Under the pieces are notes generated by a model. It was not told the DNA's origin. It did no database searches and saw nothing but the letters and a program-made list of their open reading frames with translations. Position numbers and translations under genes: made by a program. From a virus, in the IMG/VR virus record IMGVR_UViG_3300012984_000016, positions 10,306 to 74,305 of that record: DNA of 64,000 nt, one strand, 5' to 3'. Positions 36,160-46,158 of this stretch are shown here, in pieces. The number at the start of each line of letters is the position of its first letter. Position 1 is the stretch's first letter.

Positions 36160-37205
36160 TACACGAACTCCAACTTCATGTTGCCGGGACCGGGCAGCCA
36201 CTCCACGGCCTTGATCCGGTAGTTGCCCTCGAACTGGTCACGACCGTTGTGGATGCTCACAGGAAGAGTGTCCCCCGGCTGGACCACCCCGAGCAGAAGA
36301 CGGTCGGGCACCTCGATTGCAGTAAGGGTCACGTCCTTCTTGACAGTGCCGCGCTCCGAGGTCTCCTTCTGAGCCCGCTGGAGCAGCATGTTCACGTCGT
36401 TCTCACCGGAGATGGAGACGATGTCCTCCCACTGTCCGAACTCCGCGACCGATGCCGAGTTGGTGGCGTTGTTCTCGAACTTGATGTCACCGTTCGCGCC
36501 GCCCGTGGCGTACACCCGGTTGGCCATGTCCCCGGCATCCTCGGTGGTGCCGTAGTCCGTGACGTTGACACCGTACTCCATGAGGAGGTTCGAGCGGGTG
36601 GTGCCCCTGCGGGGGTAGTACATCTTGAACTGGCGGAGCCCGGTGCCGTCGAAGATGACATCGATGTCGAAGCCGGTGGGGTTGCCAGCCGCGTCGGCCA
36701 CCGTCTGGAACTCCTGGAGGATCTCGAGCACGTTCTTGTGCTCGTCCCTCTTGTACTCTCGGGAGCGGATGACTCCAGACGGAGTGTAGGACCCCAGGAC
36801 GATGCCCCAGTCCCGCGCCACCGGAGTCTGAGCCGCTTGCACCACGGCTCCGGCGATCTGCATCTGCTCGATTGAGGTGTACGTCTGCGTGGCGTTGAGG
36901 ATGAACCGTGCGTTGAAGTACTCCAGCAGCCCGGGGCACTCGAAGTCCACCGTGCGCGGATTGTTCTTCGTGGAGCGGTGGAAGGCCCAGTGCATGAGCG
37001 AGTTGTTCACCCACAGTTGCACCTCGTTCTTGTGCATCAGCGGGGCGACCACCTGCGGGTCGTTCTGGTTCATGGTGTACGAGATGGACCCAGGGTTGTT
37101 GAGTTCCCACCGGGCCTTCTTCAGTACAGCGTTCTTGAGGGTGTCAGCCTGTGACACTCCAGTCCGACTGACGACCTCAAGCCGGTACTCGATGGGCGTA
37201 GGCAT
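36159..37205 (-). CDS. Minor tail protein (baseplate hub/Tal-like)
   Basis: Position after Dit; LNNPGS, YPRRG, ANRVYATG, PGD motifs. Confidence 0.75.
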   Translation of the reverse strand: MPTPIEYRLEVVSRTGVSQADTLKNAVLKKARWELNNPGSISYTMNQNDPQVVAPLMHKNEVQLWVNNSLMHWAFHRSTKNNPRTVDFECPGLLEYFNARFILNATQTYTSIEQMQIAGAVVQAAQTPVARDWGIVLGSYTPSGVIRSREYKRDEHKNVLEILQEFQTVADAAGNPTGFDIDVIFDGTGLRQFKMYYPRRGTTRSNLLMEYGVNVTDYGTTEDAGDMANRVYATGGANGDIKFENNATNSASVAEFGQWEDIVSISGENDVNMLLQRAQKETSERGTVKKDVTLTAIEVPDRLLLGVVQPGDTLPVSIHNGRDQFEGNYRIKAVEWLPGPGNMKLEFV

Positions 37206-38116
37206 TAGTGGATCCAGGCGGCGCGGTGCGTGATGGAGTAGAGAGCAGCCGAGCCGACCGCTCCGGCGTCACGGGTGAACTGCACCGTGTTCGACCCAGG
37301 GGTCAGCGACCACCACTGGCTGTCAGAGCGGCGGTAGGAGTAGATGGGAGCACCGTTGAGCAGCATGGTGCGCAGGCCGAAGTCGATGACCAGGGTCTGA
37401 GCCGCTGACACGTTGCCGGTCAGACGGATCGCTCGGCCCGCCATGACGGTGTCGTCGAGGTTGGGTGCCGACACCAAGGTGATGATGCCGTTGTTGAACG
37501 GGCCGGTGATGGAGATGAGCGGCTCGGTCAGGAAGTCACCACCGACAGTGAAGGTTGATCCGCCTGTGGTGGCTGAGGTCGCGATGGACCCGTTGGTGAC
37601 CGTCGGGGTGAAGGTGTAGTGGCGGGGGTCCGCAGCGACGAACTGGACCGATGCCTGACCCAGACCGTGAGCCAGTTCGTAGTTCGTCGGCAGGACCAAC
37701 TTGCGCGGGCGGCAGTAGATATACTTCTTGATGGAGCCGCCCGTACGCGGGCGCTGCCACACCATCGGCACCTCGGCCTGACGAGGACGGAACACCGGGG
37801 CGAGGTCGTGGATCGCGGTCTCGGCTGCTGCAAAGCCAGCGGTGTCGATCTTGATGGTGGCGTTCATGACGCGCGGGCCCATCAGGTCGATGCCGGGGAC
37901 GACGCCGTGCCGGTCCTGGCGGTCCAGGTCGTTGGCCCGGATGTCAGGGATGCCGTACAGGCCGTCCCACTGCTCGACGATGTACTTCGTGCCCGAGCCC
38001 AGCAGCAGCGCGCTGTACTCGTACATGTAGTCACCAGTGACGAGATCACCAGCAGCCATGTCAACCACCAACCCTGCTGTTGCGTGTGACAGCCAGCGCC
38101 ACCCTGTGATCGGCAT
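37205..38116 (-). CDS. Distal tail protein (Dit-like)
   Basis: Follows tape measure gene; FVAADP, WWSLTPGSN, RAAW. Confidence 0.75.
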   Translation of the reverse strand: MPITGWRWLSHATAGLVVDMAAGDLVTGDYMYEYSALLLGSGTKYIVEQWDGLYGIPDIRANDLDRQDRHGVVPGIDLMGPRVMNATIKIDTAGFAAAETAIHDLAPVFRPRQAEVPMVWQRPRTGGSIKKYIYCRPRKLVLPTNYELAHGLGQASVQFVAADPRHYTFTPTVTNGSIATSATTGGSTFTVGGDFLTEPLISITGPFNNGIITLVSAPNLDDTVMAGRAIRLTGNVSAAQTLVIDFGLRTMLLNGAPIYSYRRSDSQWWSLTPGSNTVQFTRDAGAVGSAALYSITHRAAWIH

Positions 38117-38119
38117 TCA

Positions 38120-41100
38120 TCAACGCCCCCGTCCGCGCTGGAGGAAGGAGATCTCTGCGATCAACTCGTTCGGATCAGCATCCTGGTGAACGTCGATGTC
38201 GTAGGTGTCACCTTCGTTGGTGATGTACTGGACGCCACCCACGCCGGAGGACTGCGAGGCCAGCGCCGTGAGTGCCGACTGCTGCGCCTGCAGAGACGCA
38301 GCGATGGCGTGCATCGGCTCGAACATGGAGTACAGCCGCTCCAGCGGGATGATCGCCTCAGGACCGGCCTCGCCCGCACCGAAGATCGCCTGACGGGTGA
38401 TGCCACCCTTGGCGTTCCACACGATGGTCGGGATCTCAGGGATGTCAGGGAACCCGATGCTGCCCGGGAACCAGTCCATCCCCGGCAACTTCTTGACCTT
38501 GTCAGCCAGCGGGATGTTGAAGGACTTGCCGTCGACCGTGTCGAACACCGCGTTGATGGCACCGATGAGCCCGTTGATGGGAGCCGTCAGTGCCTTGGCG
38601 ATCGTGGTGCCGATCGAGCCGAAGTTGATGCCACCGAAGAAGTTCTGGATCTTGGTACGCAGCCCCGGGAACAGTTCGTCGATCTTCTCAGTGAGTCCGT
38701 TCCACAGGTTGCGAGCGAGGTTGCCGCCGAAGGTCTTGATGGACTCCAGCGCGCCGGAGGCAGCGCCGGTCACCATGGAGCGGATCGTGCCGAGGAGGTT
38801 CCAGGCCGCATTGGCAGCAGTGGTGAAGCCGGTCCACATCCGGCCAGGCAGCGAGGTCATGAAGGTGACGACCGTGCCGATGATGCCCGGAGCCCTGTTG
38901 GTGATCCAGCGCGAGAACACTCCACCCAGGTCGAACTTGCTGAAGAGGTTGTCCTTGACACCCTCCCACACAGCATCCCACATGCCGCCGAACCAGCCCT
39001 TGACCCGCTCGATGACGCGGTCCTTCTCGTCCATGAGCCAACCCCAGATGGCCCCGGCGATGTCCCAGTCAGGTCCGAACGCCTGGTTCGAACCCGACAC
39101 CCAGGCCCACGCCTGGTCCCACATGTCACCGAACCAAGTGGAGATGCCGTCGATGACGCCCTGCGCCTCGTCGCTCAGCCACTTGCCCATCGGGTCAGCG
39201 ATGTTCCAACCCTCGCCGAAGTGGTCACTGGTGAACCAGTCCCACGCGCCGTTCCACGTGTCTACGAACCAACCACCGATGGAGTCGATGACCTCTCGAG
39301 TCTTCTCACCCAACTTCGCCGCGATGTCACCGCCAGTCAAGGTGCCGAACATGGCCCAGAAGGACGGGACGATGTTGAGGAGATTGCCGAGGGAGTCCAG
39401 CCACCGACCGTCGTTGATGGCGTCCAGCATGCCAGTGACACTGCCGCTGATGCTTCCCCAGGCAGTCTTGATGTGATCGATCCAGGTGTCGATGTGACCG
39501 GGCTTGTCCTCCTTGAGGGAGGCGTTGATCTCACCGGCACCAGCCAGAGCGCCGCGCACGTCCTTGCCCAACTTCTGAGCATCGGCGACAGTCTTCTTCG
39601 TACCAGTCATCCCGGTCTTGGTCTTCGCCTCGGGAGGAATCTCCTCCTTCAACTTGCGACCGTACTCCTTGATCTGGTCCCCGACGGGACCACCCATCTT
39701 GTCGCCCATCTTGATGAGTTCGTCGGCGAGGTGGATCGCCTCATCGCGGGCGGTGACGGTGTGACCGTTGGCCTCCTCCTGCGCCTTCCAGGCGGCGGTG
39801 TTCGCCTTGGCCTGGTCGTAGTAGGCCGACTCCAGATCCAGGGCCGCGTTCCGCAGGTCCTCGGACGCCGTCTTGCCTGACTTGACATCGTTCAGGTTCT
39901 TGCGGGACTCGAGAACGGCATCCTGGGCCTCCACCAGCGCGAGTTGCGCGGCGGTGAGTTCCATCTGCGCTTCCTTGTACGCAGTGTCGTTCTTCAGATC
40001 CGCACGGGCCTGCTTCAGCGCCTCGGTCTTGTCGATGACAGCCTGGGCCGCGTCCACCACGGCCTGCTGGGCGTCAGCGAGTTCGCGCTCTGCAGCGGCA
40101 AGTTCCTCGGCGGTCGGGCCCGCCTTCAACTTGTCGAGTTCCTTCTGAGCATCGCTCTGGTCGGCGGTGGCCTCGGCCACGTCCAACTTCGCATCAGCCA
40201 GGATCGCGTTGGCATCCTGGATGTCGCGGTCGCTGGCACCCTCTTGCATGAGGTAGTTCAGGTACCACTGAGCATCCGAGGCCTTGACGTTGGCCTTGTT
40301 GAGGTTCAGGATCGAGCGAGCCAACTTGTTGGTCGCGTCGCGGAGTTCGTCGGCCGAGGGACCTGCCTGGAGGTCCGACAGTTCCTTCTGCTTGTCCTTC
40401 GCGTTCTGGACCGCGTCCGCGTAGTCCCGCTGCGACGAAGCCAGGTCGGCCTCAGCGTCCTTGACATCCTGCTGGGCCTTCGCGCGGGCGTGCGCGAGGT
40501 TGTACTCAGCCTTGGCCACGTCCAGAGTGGCACGCTTGACATCGTTTCGGGCCTGAGCCAACTCCAACTCGGCCTTGCGGATGGCCTTGGTCCGGTTCTT
40601 GGTGGCCTCCAGAGCCTCTGCGTAGGCCTTCTCGGCCGCTTCGACGCTCTGGTTAGCCCTCTTGACCCCCAGCATGGTGTCGATCAGCGAGAGAGCCGCC
40701 TGCGCCCTCTTCTCCAGGGCGTCAGCGGCCTTGTTCTCGGCGTCAGCCAGGGCGTTGGCCTTGTCGGTGGCTGCCTGGTCGACTCCACCGAGCGCCTTGT
40801 TGGCCGCAGCGGCGTTCCGGGCCTGTGCGACGGAGGCGACGAACCCACCGTTGAGCATGAGCAACTTGTCGAGCAGATCACCAGCAGCAGTGTCACCGGC
40901 TTCCATGCGAGCCTGCAGATCGGCGACCGCCTGCTGGGCTCCTTCGGTGTTCGCGCCGGTCATCAGGTCGAACAGGGTCTGGATGGAGATGCCGTAGTTG
41001 CGAGCGGTGTCGATCGCACCAGACTGTACCAGTTGGTTGATGACGACAGCCCGGGTGTTCTCGCCGAGTGCGTAGTTGTCCTTGCGCAGGGCGTCGACGA

Positions 41101-43480
41101 TCTCCTGCTGAGCCTTGGCGTACTCCTTGGACTTGTCCGCCGCGTCCTTGGCCTGCGTGCCGTAGTGGTGGAACAGGTACGTGAGCACTCCAGCAGCGGC
41201 GATGAGCCAGCCGACCGGGCCCAGCGCTGTCTTGACAGCGAAGCCGAGACCGGTGACCGCACCAGACATGACACCGATGCCACGAGCGGACATGACAGCC
41301 TGAGCCTCGGCTGCCTTGGCACCGACGACGACCTGCTCCTGAGCGATCGCCTGCTGCACCATGGCGGCGATCTCGAGTTCGCGCGCCTGGATCGCTGCTG
41401 CCTCGGACGAGATGATGCCCGCCGCTGCTTCTTGGGCGGCAGCGATGCGCGCCGTCTCCATGACGATCTGCTGCTGGATGACCCGGACTTCGAGTTCACG
41501 AGCAGCGATCTCTTCAGCGGTGGCCCCAGCGATGCCAGCAGCAGCAGCCTCGGCCTCGACCACCCGTGCGGCTTCGAGTTGCATCTGGGCGAGCAGTTGA
41601 CGGATCTGCAGGTCGCGAGCAGCGATCTCAGAGGCCGACGAGCGAGCACCGACCCCGGCTGCCTCCTGTCGAGCAGCAGCCTGCAGAGCCTCCAACTTGA
41701 TAGCGGTCTGCTGGACCTGCAGAGCCGCCAGTCGGGCCTGGGCGTTGGCTGCGATCTGACGACGCTCTTCGGAAGCAGCAGCCGCAGCGATCAGAGCGTT
41801 CTGCTGAGCGATCTTGCCTTCGAGTTCCATGATGCGCAGCGAGCCGGTACGCTGAGCATCCATGGCCGCGCGAGCGGCGTTGATCTTGGCGAGGTTGGCC
41901 TGCTGCAGAGCGGCGTTCGCCTGGTCGATCTGACCGTAGATCTGCTCCAGCCGGATGGTCTGAGTCAGGACCGCGTTGTGGGCTTCCTCGATCAGGACCA
42001 ACTTGGCACGCTCGGCAGCGGCCTGCGCGTTGGCCTTGGCATTGAACCCGGCAGCGAAGGCTCCACGCAGGGTGACCTTCTCACCGACGGTCAGCGAGCC
42101 GTTGAGAGCCTGCTGCATGGCGATGGTCGAACCGATGACCTCGCGCAACTTGCGGAAGGCGTCGGCGGCGAGGACGATGCGCGGGCCGATGAGCAGAGCC
42201 CCGGCTGCCAGGAAGGCGATCGAGGCGGCAGCAGCCGTGCCGTAGGCGATGACCTGCTTCATCGGCTCCGGGAGAGCCTGGAACGCCGCCACGAACTCCT
42301 CGGTGAGGTCGATCGCCTGCTTCGCGACCGGCAGGTAGATCTCACCGAACGAGATTGCCACATCGTTGATGTTGTTCTTGAGGATGGCCAACTGGTTGGT
42401 GAACGTGGCGTACTGCGCTTCGGCTGCGCGGGCCAGAGCCGTACCGTCGTTGTACGCCTTGTTCGACACACCCAGGATCGCGTTGAGGTCGGTCTGCTCG
42501 TTGCCGACCTGCTGCGTGCCCTTGGCCAGCGCCTCCAGGGCCTGCACCTGGCGGACCTCGGTGATGCCGAGGGAGTCCAGGATCTTGGTGGCAGTGAGCG
42601 AGCCGCCGCCCAACTTGCCGAGCCCGGTGACGAAGGCAGCCAGGGCCTGCGCCGGGTCCTCCTTGGCCAGCGCCTGGAACTTCTCTTGCGTGGTGCCCGC
42701 CACCGTGGCAAACAGTTCCAACTTCTGCGGGTCCAGACCAGCAGCGGCACGAGAGATGTCACCGATGGTCTTCTGGACCGAGGACGCTCCTGCCTCAGCA
42801 CGGGAGCCGAGAGACAGGACCGCAGCAGACACACCGAGGACTTGGTCGGCGGTGTAGCCCGCGACCGCCGCAGCACCCGACAGGCGCTTCGACATGTTCA
42901 GGATGTCGGTCTCGGTGGCAGCCGTCGAGCGACCGGTCTCGAGCAGGGCCGAGCCGAGTTGACGGTACTGGTCCGCAGACAGCCCGAACACGTTCGCAAT
43001 GTTGGCGAGTTGCGGAACGCTGGCAGCCGTGAGGTTGGTAGTGGCGATCAGGTCGACCAGGGTGGTGGTGAACGTTGCCACGTCCTCCGAGGCAACACCC
43101 AGAGCACCGGCCTGCTCAGCCAGGTCGGTGATGGTCTTCAGATCCACCGGGCGGGTCTTGGCCACCTCGCGGAGCGCCTTGCCGAGGGTCTCGGCGGCTG
43201 CCGTGTTCTCCTCGATCGACTTGGCATTGTCGTAGGTGGTGCGAGCCACACCAGCCATGCCCTGCTCGAACGAGGCGGCTGCGTTGAGAGCCACCGCCAT
43301 GCCCGCCGCCATGGCAGTACCAGCAGCACCGAAGGCGAGGCCGACGTTCCGGATGCCCCACCAGTTGTCACGGACGACAGAGTAGAGCGAGCCGAGGGAC
43401 TGCTCAGCGTTCCGGACGCCTTGCCGCAGAGCGGAGGCGTCGAGGATTAGCCTAGCAGTAGCAACGGCATCGTCTGCCAC
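38120..43480 (-). CDS. Tape measure protein
   Basis: 1786 aa, Ala-rich helical; TP901-like core; Trp-periodic repeats; C-terminal GEAGPEAIIPL. Confidence 0.95.
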   Translation of the reverse strand: MADDAVATARLILDASALRQGVRNAEQSLGSLYSVVRDNWWGIRNVGLAFGAAGTAMAAGMAVALNAAASFEQGMAGVARTTYDNAKSIEENTAAAETLGKALREVAKTRPVDLKTITDLAEQAGALGVASEDVATFTTTLVDLIATTNLTAASVPQLANIANVFGLSADQYRQLGSALLETGRSTAATETDILNMSKRLSGAAAVAGYTADQVLGVSAAVLSLGSRAEAGASSVQKTIGDISRAAAGLDPQKLELFATVAGTTQEKFQALAKEDPAQALAAFVTGLGKLGGGSLTATKILDSLGITEVRQVQALEALAKGTQQVGNEQTDLNAILGVSNKAYNDGTALARAAEAQYATFTNQLAILKNNINDVAISFGEIYLPVAKQAIDLTEEFVAAFQALPEPMKQVIAYGTAAAASIAFLAAGALLIGPRIVLAADAFRKLREVIGSTIAMQQALNGSLTVGEKVTLRGAFAAGFNAKANAQAAAERAKLVLIEEAHNAVLTQTIRLEQIYGQIDQANAALQQANLAKINAARAAMDAQRTGSLRIMELEGKIAQQNALIAAAAASEERRQIAANAQARLAALQVQQTAIKLEALQAAARQEAAGVGARSSASEIAARDLQIRQLLAQMQLEAARVVEAEAAAAGIAGATAEEIAARELEVRVIQQQIVMETARIAAAQEAAAGIISSEAAAIQARELEIAAMVQQAIAQEQVVVGAKAAEAQAVMSARGIGVMSGAVTGLGFAVKTALGPVGWLIAAAGVLTYLFHHYGTQAKDAADKSKEYAKAQQEIVDALRKDNYALGENTRAVVINQLVQSGAIDTARNYGISIQTLFDLMTGANTEGAQQAVADLQARMEAGDTAAGDLLDKLLMLNGGFVASVAQARNAAAANKALGGVDQAATDKANALADAENKAADALEKRAQAALSLIDTMLGVKRANQSVEAAEKAYAEALEATKNRTKAIRKAELELAQARNDVKRATLDVAKAEYNLAHARAKAQQDVKDAEADLASSQRDYADAVQNAKDKQKELSDLQAGPSADELRDATNKLARSILNLNKANVKASDAQWYLNYLMQEGASDRDIQDANAILADAKLDVAEATADQSDAQKELDKLKAGPTAEELAAAERELADAQQAVVDAAQAVIDKTEALKQARADLKNDTAYKEAQMELTAAQLALVEAQDAVLESRKNLNDVKSGKTASEDLRNAALDLESAYYDQAKANTAAWKAQEEANGHTVTARDEAIHLADELIKMGDKMGGPVGDQIKEYGRKLKEEIPPEAKTKTGMTGTKKTVADAQKLGKDVRGALAGAGEINASLKEDKPGHIDTWIDHIKTAWGSISGSVTGMLDAINDGRWLDSLGNLLNIVPSFWAMFGTLTGGDIAAKLGEKTREVIDSIGGWFVDTWNGAWDWFTSDHFGEGWNIADPMGKWLSDEAQGVIDGISTWFGDMWDQAWAWVSGSNQAFGPDWDIAGAIWGWLMDEKDRVIERVKGWFGGMWDAVWEGVKDNLFSKFDLGGVFSRWITNRAPGIIGTVVTFMTSLPGRMWTGFTTAANAAWNLLGTIRSMVTGAASGALESIKTFGGNLARNLWNGLTEKIDELFPGLRTKIQNFFGGINFGSIGTTIAKALTAPINGLIGAINAVFDTVDGKSFNIPLADKVKKLPGMDWFPGSIGFPDIPEIPTIVWNAKGGITRQAIFGAGEAGPEAIIPLERLYSMFEPMHAIAASLQAQQSALTALASQSSGVGGVQYITNEGDTYDIDVHQDADPNELIAEISFLQRGRGR

Positions 43481-43482
43481 TG

Positions 43483-43842
43483 TCAGCCACCTCCTCCTGC
43501 CGCGACCCTGGAAGCCGGGTCCATGAACTTGCCGGGTGCACTCGTCTTCTTCGTGTCGAACGAGCCGTCAGGCTTCAGTGCCATCATCTGCTCGAAGGCT
43601 CCCTGGCGTGCCCGGTTGATCTGGTCACTGGAAGCCTCCTTCTTCGTCCGCGATGCGCTGGCTCGCACTGCCTGCTCTGCCTGATCCATCTCGTTGTTGA
43701 CTTTCATCTGCCACAGGTACACGGCCTCGTCGAAGCACCACGCGGCGTAGGGGTCATCCACCCCCACCAGGAGTGACGGGCGCGTCTTGTACTGCTGCGC
43801 CATCTGCCCCACCTGCCATGTACGCGGCCCGTTGGTCGCGAA
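43483..43842 (-). CDS. Tail assembly chaperone, second-frame (T) portion
   Basis: Overlaps 3' end of G gene in the +1 frame; RPS.L.GV.D.YAAWCFDEA motif; ends just before tape measure gene. Confidence 0.65.
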   Translation of the reverse strand, partial: FATNGPRTWQVGQMAQQYKTRPSLLVGVDDPYAAWCFDEAVYLWQMKVNNEMDQAEQAVRASASRTKKEASSDQINRARQGAFEQMMALKPDGSFDTKKTSAPGKFMDPASRVAAGGGG

Positions 43843-44341
43843 ACGTGGCGAGGTCAGCACTGGCCCCCTGCGCGAATGCGAAGGCGAACATCTGGTCATC
43901 GAAGTCGATGTCGAGGACGGACAGCGTGGCCTCGTCCTCGGGCTCCCAGGCGTTGGGGTCGTAGTTGGCCTTGTGCTCGTCGGTCCAGTCCGCGCACCGG
44001 GGGTCTTCGTCCAGGTGGTCGATGTCCGGCGGGACCTCCACGGCGGGCTCGACGAAGATCCGAGCGCACTGGGCGTTGATGAACTGGATCATCGAGATGA
44101 GCAGTTCGGGGTCGGAGGTGTCGATCTTGGTGGGCTTGCCACCGGCCTCCAGCATCTTGTTCATGGTCTCGGTGAGGGGGTTGGGGATCTTCCCCTCCTT
44201 GATCATCTCGGCGAGGTCCAGCGTCCGCTTGAGGGACGCCGTGTTACCACTCGGCAAGGTGACGAGGATGCCCTGCTTACGGGCTGATCGCCATTCGGTC
44301 TTCTCGGTCGCTGCACGCACTGCAGGGTTTCCGCTCGGCAT
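43754..44341 (-). CDS. Tail assembly chaperone (G)
   Basis: Between major tail and tape measure genes; VTLPSG, GKIPNPL; AAGGAG SD. Confidence 0.75.
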   Translation of the reverse strand: MPSGNPAVRAATEKTEWRSARKQGILVTLPSGNTASLKRTLDLAEMIKEGKIPNPLTETMNKMLEAGGKPTKIDTSDPELLISMIQFINAQCARIFVEPAVEVPPDIDHLDEDPRCADWTDEHKANYDPNAWEPEDEATLSVLDIDFDDQMFAFAFAQGASADLATFRDQRAAYMAGGADGAAVQDAPVTPGGGG

Positions 44342-44400
44342 CGAGTGCTCCTTAAACGGTATGTCCGGACAACCACAAGTTTGGGGCTTGGATGAGCCCG

Positions 44401-44447
44401 GACATGGAACTGGCCCCCACCCCGAAGGATGAGGACCAGCCCATGTC
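44401..44447 (-). terminator. Stem-loop after major tail gene (cUUCGg loop)
   Basis: Long stem capped by TTCG on the minus strand. Confidence 0.55.
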
Positions 44448-44459
44448 AGGGACTTGCGA

Positions 44460-45002
44460 TCACGGGATCGCGGTCGCCGTCTCGTTCTGGACGAACTTGT
44501 ACAGGAGACCCTGCGAGTTCGTCTTGGGGAGTGCGCGACCGCTGGCACCCGTGAGCCAGAAGTTGCCGTCGCTCATCTCGCCAGCGAGTTCTCCCGTGCA
44601 GCGCGCCTTGAAGAGCACGCAGTGGAAGTCACCGCCGGAGTCGGAGATGGACTGACCCTCGACCTGGAAGTACGGACGGATGTCCGCACCGGTCTTCTGG
44701 AAGGTCTTGATCTGGTTCGGCGTGGTGCCGGTCTCGGTGATGGTGCCACCGAACATGGCGCGCACCGCCTCGTAGGAGATGCCACCACCTTCGAGGGACC
44801 AGTCGACAGCCGGACCCTGGCCGTGGATGGCGACGAGACCGTCGTCACCACGGAGTTCGGCGAAGTCCTCGGCCTCCGAGAACGAGAACGTCCGGGCGTT
44901 GGGCAGGTCCACTGCCGTCCCGAGCGTCTCGCTTCCCGGAATCATCGGGGTGATCCGCACGTCGCGGAGCCCGTAGGGGAGCGGGATGAATGCGATGGGC
45001 AT
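44460..45002 (-). CDS. Major tail protein
   Basis: PYGLRDV, ELRGDD, RPYF motifs; synteny. Confidence 0.8.
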   Translation of the reverse strand: MPIAFIPLPYGLRDVRITPMIPGSETLGTAVDLPNARTFSFSEAEDFAELRGDDGLVAIHGQGPAVDWSLEGGGISYEAVRAMFGGTITETGTTPNQIKTFQKTGADIRPYFQVEGQSISDSGGDFHCVLFKARCTGELAGEMSDGNFWLTGASGRALPKTNSQGLLYKFVQNETATAIP

Positions 45003-45004
45003 GT

Positions 45005-45208
45005 CTACGTGTCCTTCCTCATGAGTCGCTCGGGATCCTGGTACCTCTTAGTATCGACCATCTCACCTGACTGTAGGTCGAAGTAATGCAGTACCACGAT
45101 CCCTTTGGCAGCCCCACAGCGTGGAGACTTGCATTTGATCTCCAACCGCCCGCTCTCTACGACAACGCCGTGGAGTCTGGAACTGCAGCGGAGGAACTTT
45201 GTGGCCAT
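45005..45208 (-). CDS. Small Com-like zinc-finger protein
   Basis: LRC...H...LEIKC...C. Confidence 0.5.
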   Translation of the reverse strand: MATKFLRCSSRLHGVVVESGRLEIKCKSPRCGAAKGIVVLHYFDLQSGEMVDTKRYQDPERLMRKDT

Positions 45209-45218
45209 GGTGTAGTTG

Positions 45219-45731
45219 TCAGGACTTGGAGCCGCGACGACCGCCGCCAGCGTCGTTGCCGGAGCCGCCCGTCGAACCCGACTCGCTGACGGACGAGCCC
45301 GGAGGCGTGGTGGCCGAAGCAGCCGACGAGGTCTCGCCGACAGCAGGGACAGCGCCTTCGGTGGCCGGGGCGTCACCCTCGGGGGCCGGGGCGTTGCGAG
45401 CGATCTGCGCGTTGAGACGCTCCTGCTCGGCTGCCTCGGTGTCGACGGTGCCCGCACGGGACTCGACGCCCTCGGGGTCCGACATGCCGATGAAGTGCTG
45501 GGCCTCGTTGACCGGCACGATGGCCTCCTCCGTCACGTCGACGAAGGACTCGTCGGCGAGCAGAAGAGTGATGACTGCCTCGGGCACCTCGGTGACCTCG
45601 GTGTCCAGGATCCAGTTGGTGGAGCGGTCCCACCGGAGTTCGTTCTCCAGCGGCTCGGCGAGGAGGCCGTTCCAGTTCTCGCCCGCCGAGATGACACGCA
45701 CGTCGGCGCGTCCGTAGTACTTGATCTTCAT
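45219..45731 (-). CDS. Hypothetical virion-region protein
   Basis: GAGGAGGG SD; in neck/tail module. Confidence 0.65.
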   Translation of the reverse strand: MKIKYYGRADVRVISAGENWNGLLAEPLENELRWDRSTNWILDTEVTEVPEAVITLLLADESFVDVTEEAIVPVNEAQHFIGMSDPEGVESRAGTVDTEAAEQERLNAQIARNAPAPEGDAPATEGAVPAVGETSSAASATTPPGSSVSESGSTGGSGNDAGGGRRGSKS

Positions 45732-45740
45732 CTTCCCTCC

Positions 45741-46157
45741 TCAGGGAATGGCCCGAGTGAAGTTCACCCGGTAGGTAGCGGTCTTGACACCTTCTTTGCG
45801 GACGGTGTCAACACCGTCTCGGCTTGAGCGATCGAACAGGACTTCGAGCACTCGGACTCCATCCAAGGTGACTTGCTGGATCGACTCCAGTGCCTCTTGA
45901 ATGATGTCGTGGATCTCCTTGATCCGCACAACACTGCCCGGCTCATCGTAGACGTACACCGTCCACCATGTGCGCTTGGATCCCGGCGAGGTCTCGCGGA
46001 CATCCCGGTTGGGGTAGGCCTCGTCCTCGCCGATCATCACGTAGGGCAGTTCAGGTTGAGCAGGCACGCCGTTGACACCGAGCGTACCTCGCTGGTAGAT
46101 CCGGTCCCCGACGATGTCCGTCAAGGCTGAGGTCTCCACCAGAGTCTTGTTAAGCAC
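45741..46157 (-). CDS. Tail terminator protein (start approximate)
   Basis: LTDIVGDRIY...P.LPYV motif; synteny. Confidence 0.7.
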   Translation of the reverse strand: MLNKTLVETSALTDIVGDRIYQRGTLGVNGVPAQPELPYVMIGEDEAYPNRDVRETSPGSKRTWWTVYVYDEPGSVVRIKEIHDIIQEALESIQQVTLDGVRVLEVLFDRSSRDGVDTVRKEGVKTATYRVNFTRAIP

Positions 46158-46158
46158 C

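Noticed and set aside
39944-43450. 1168-aa plus-strand ORF and many other long antisense ORFs (169-1197, 29896-31395, 53561-55057 and others)
   Set aside because: Shadow ORFs of high-GC genes on the opposite strand; no motifs or SD sequences
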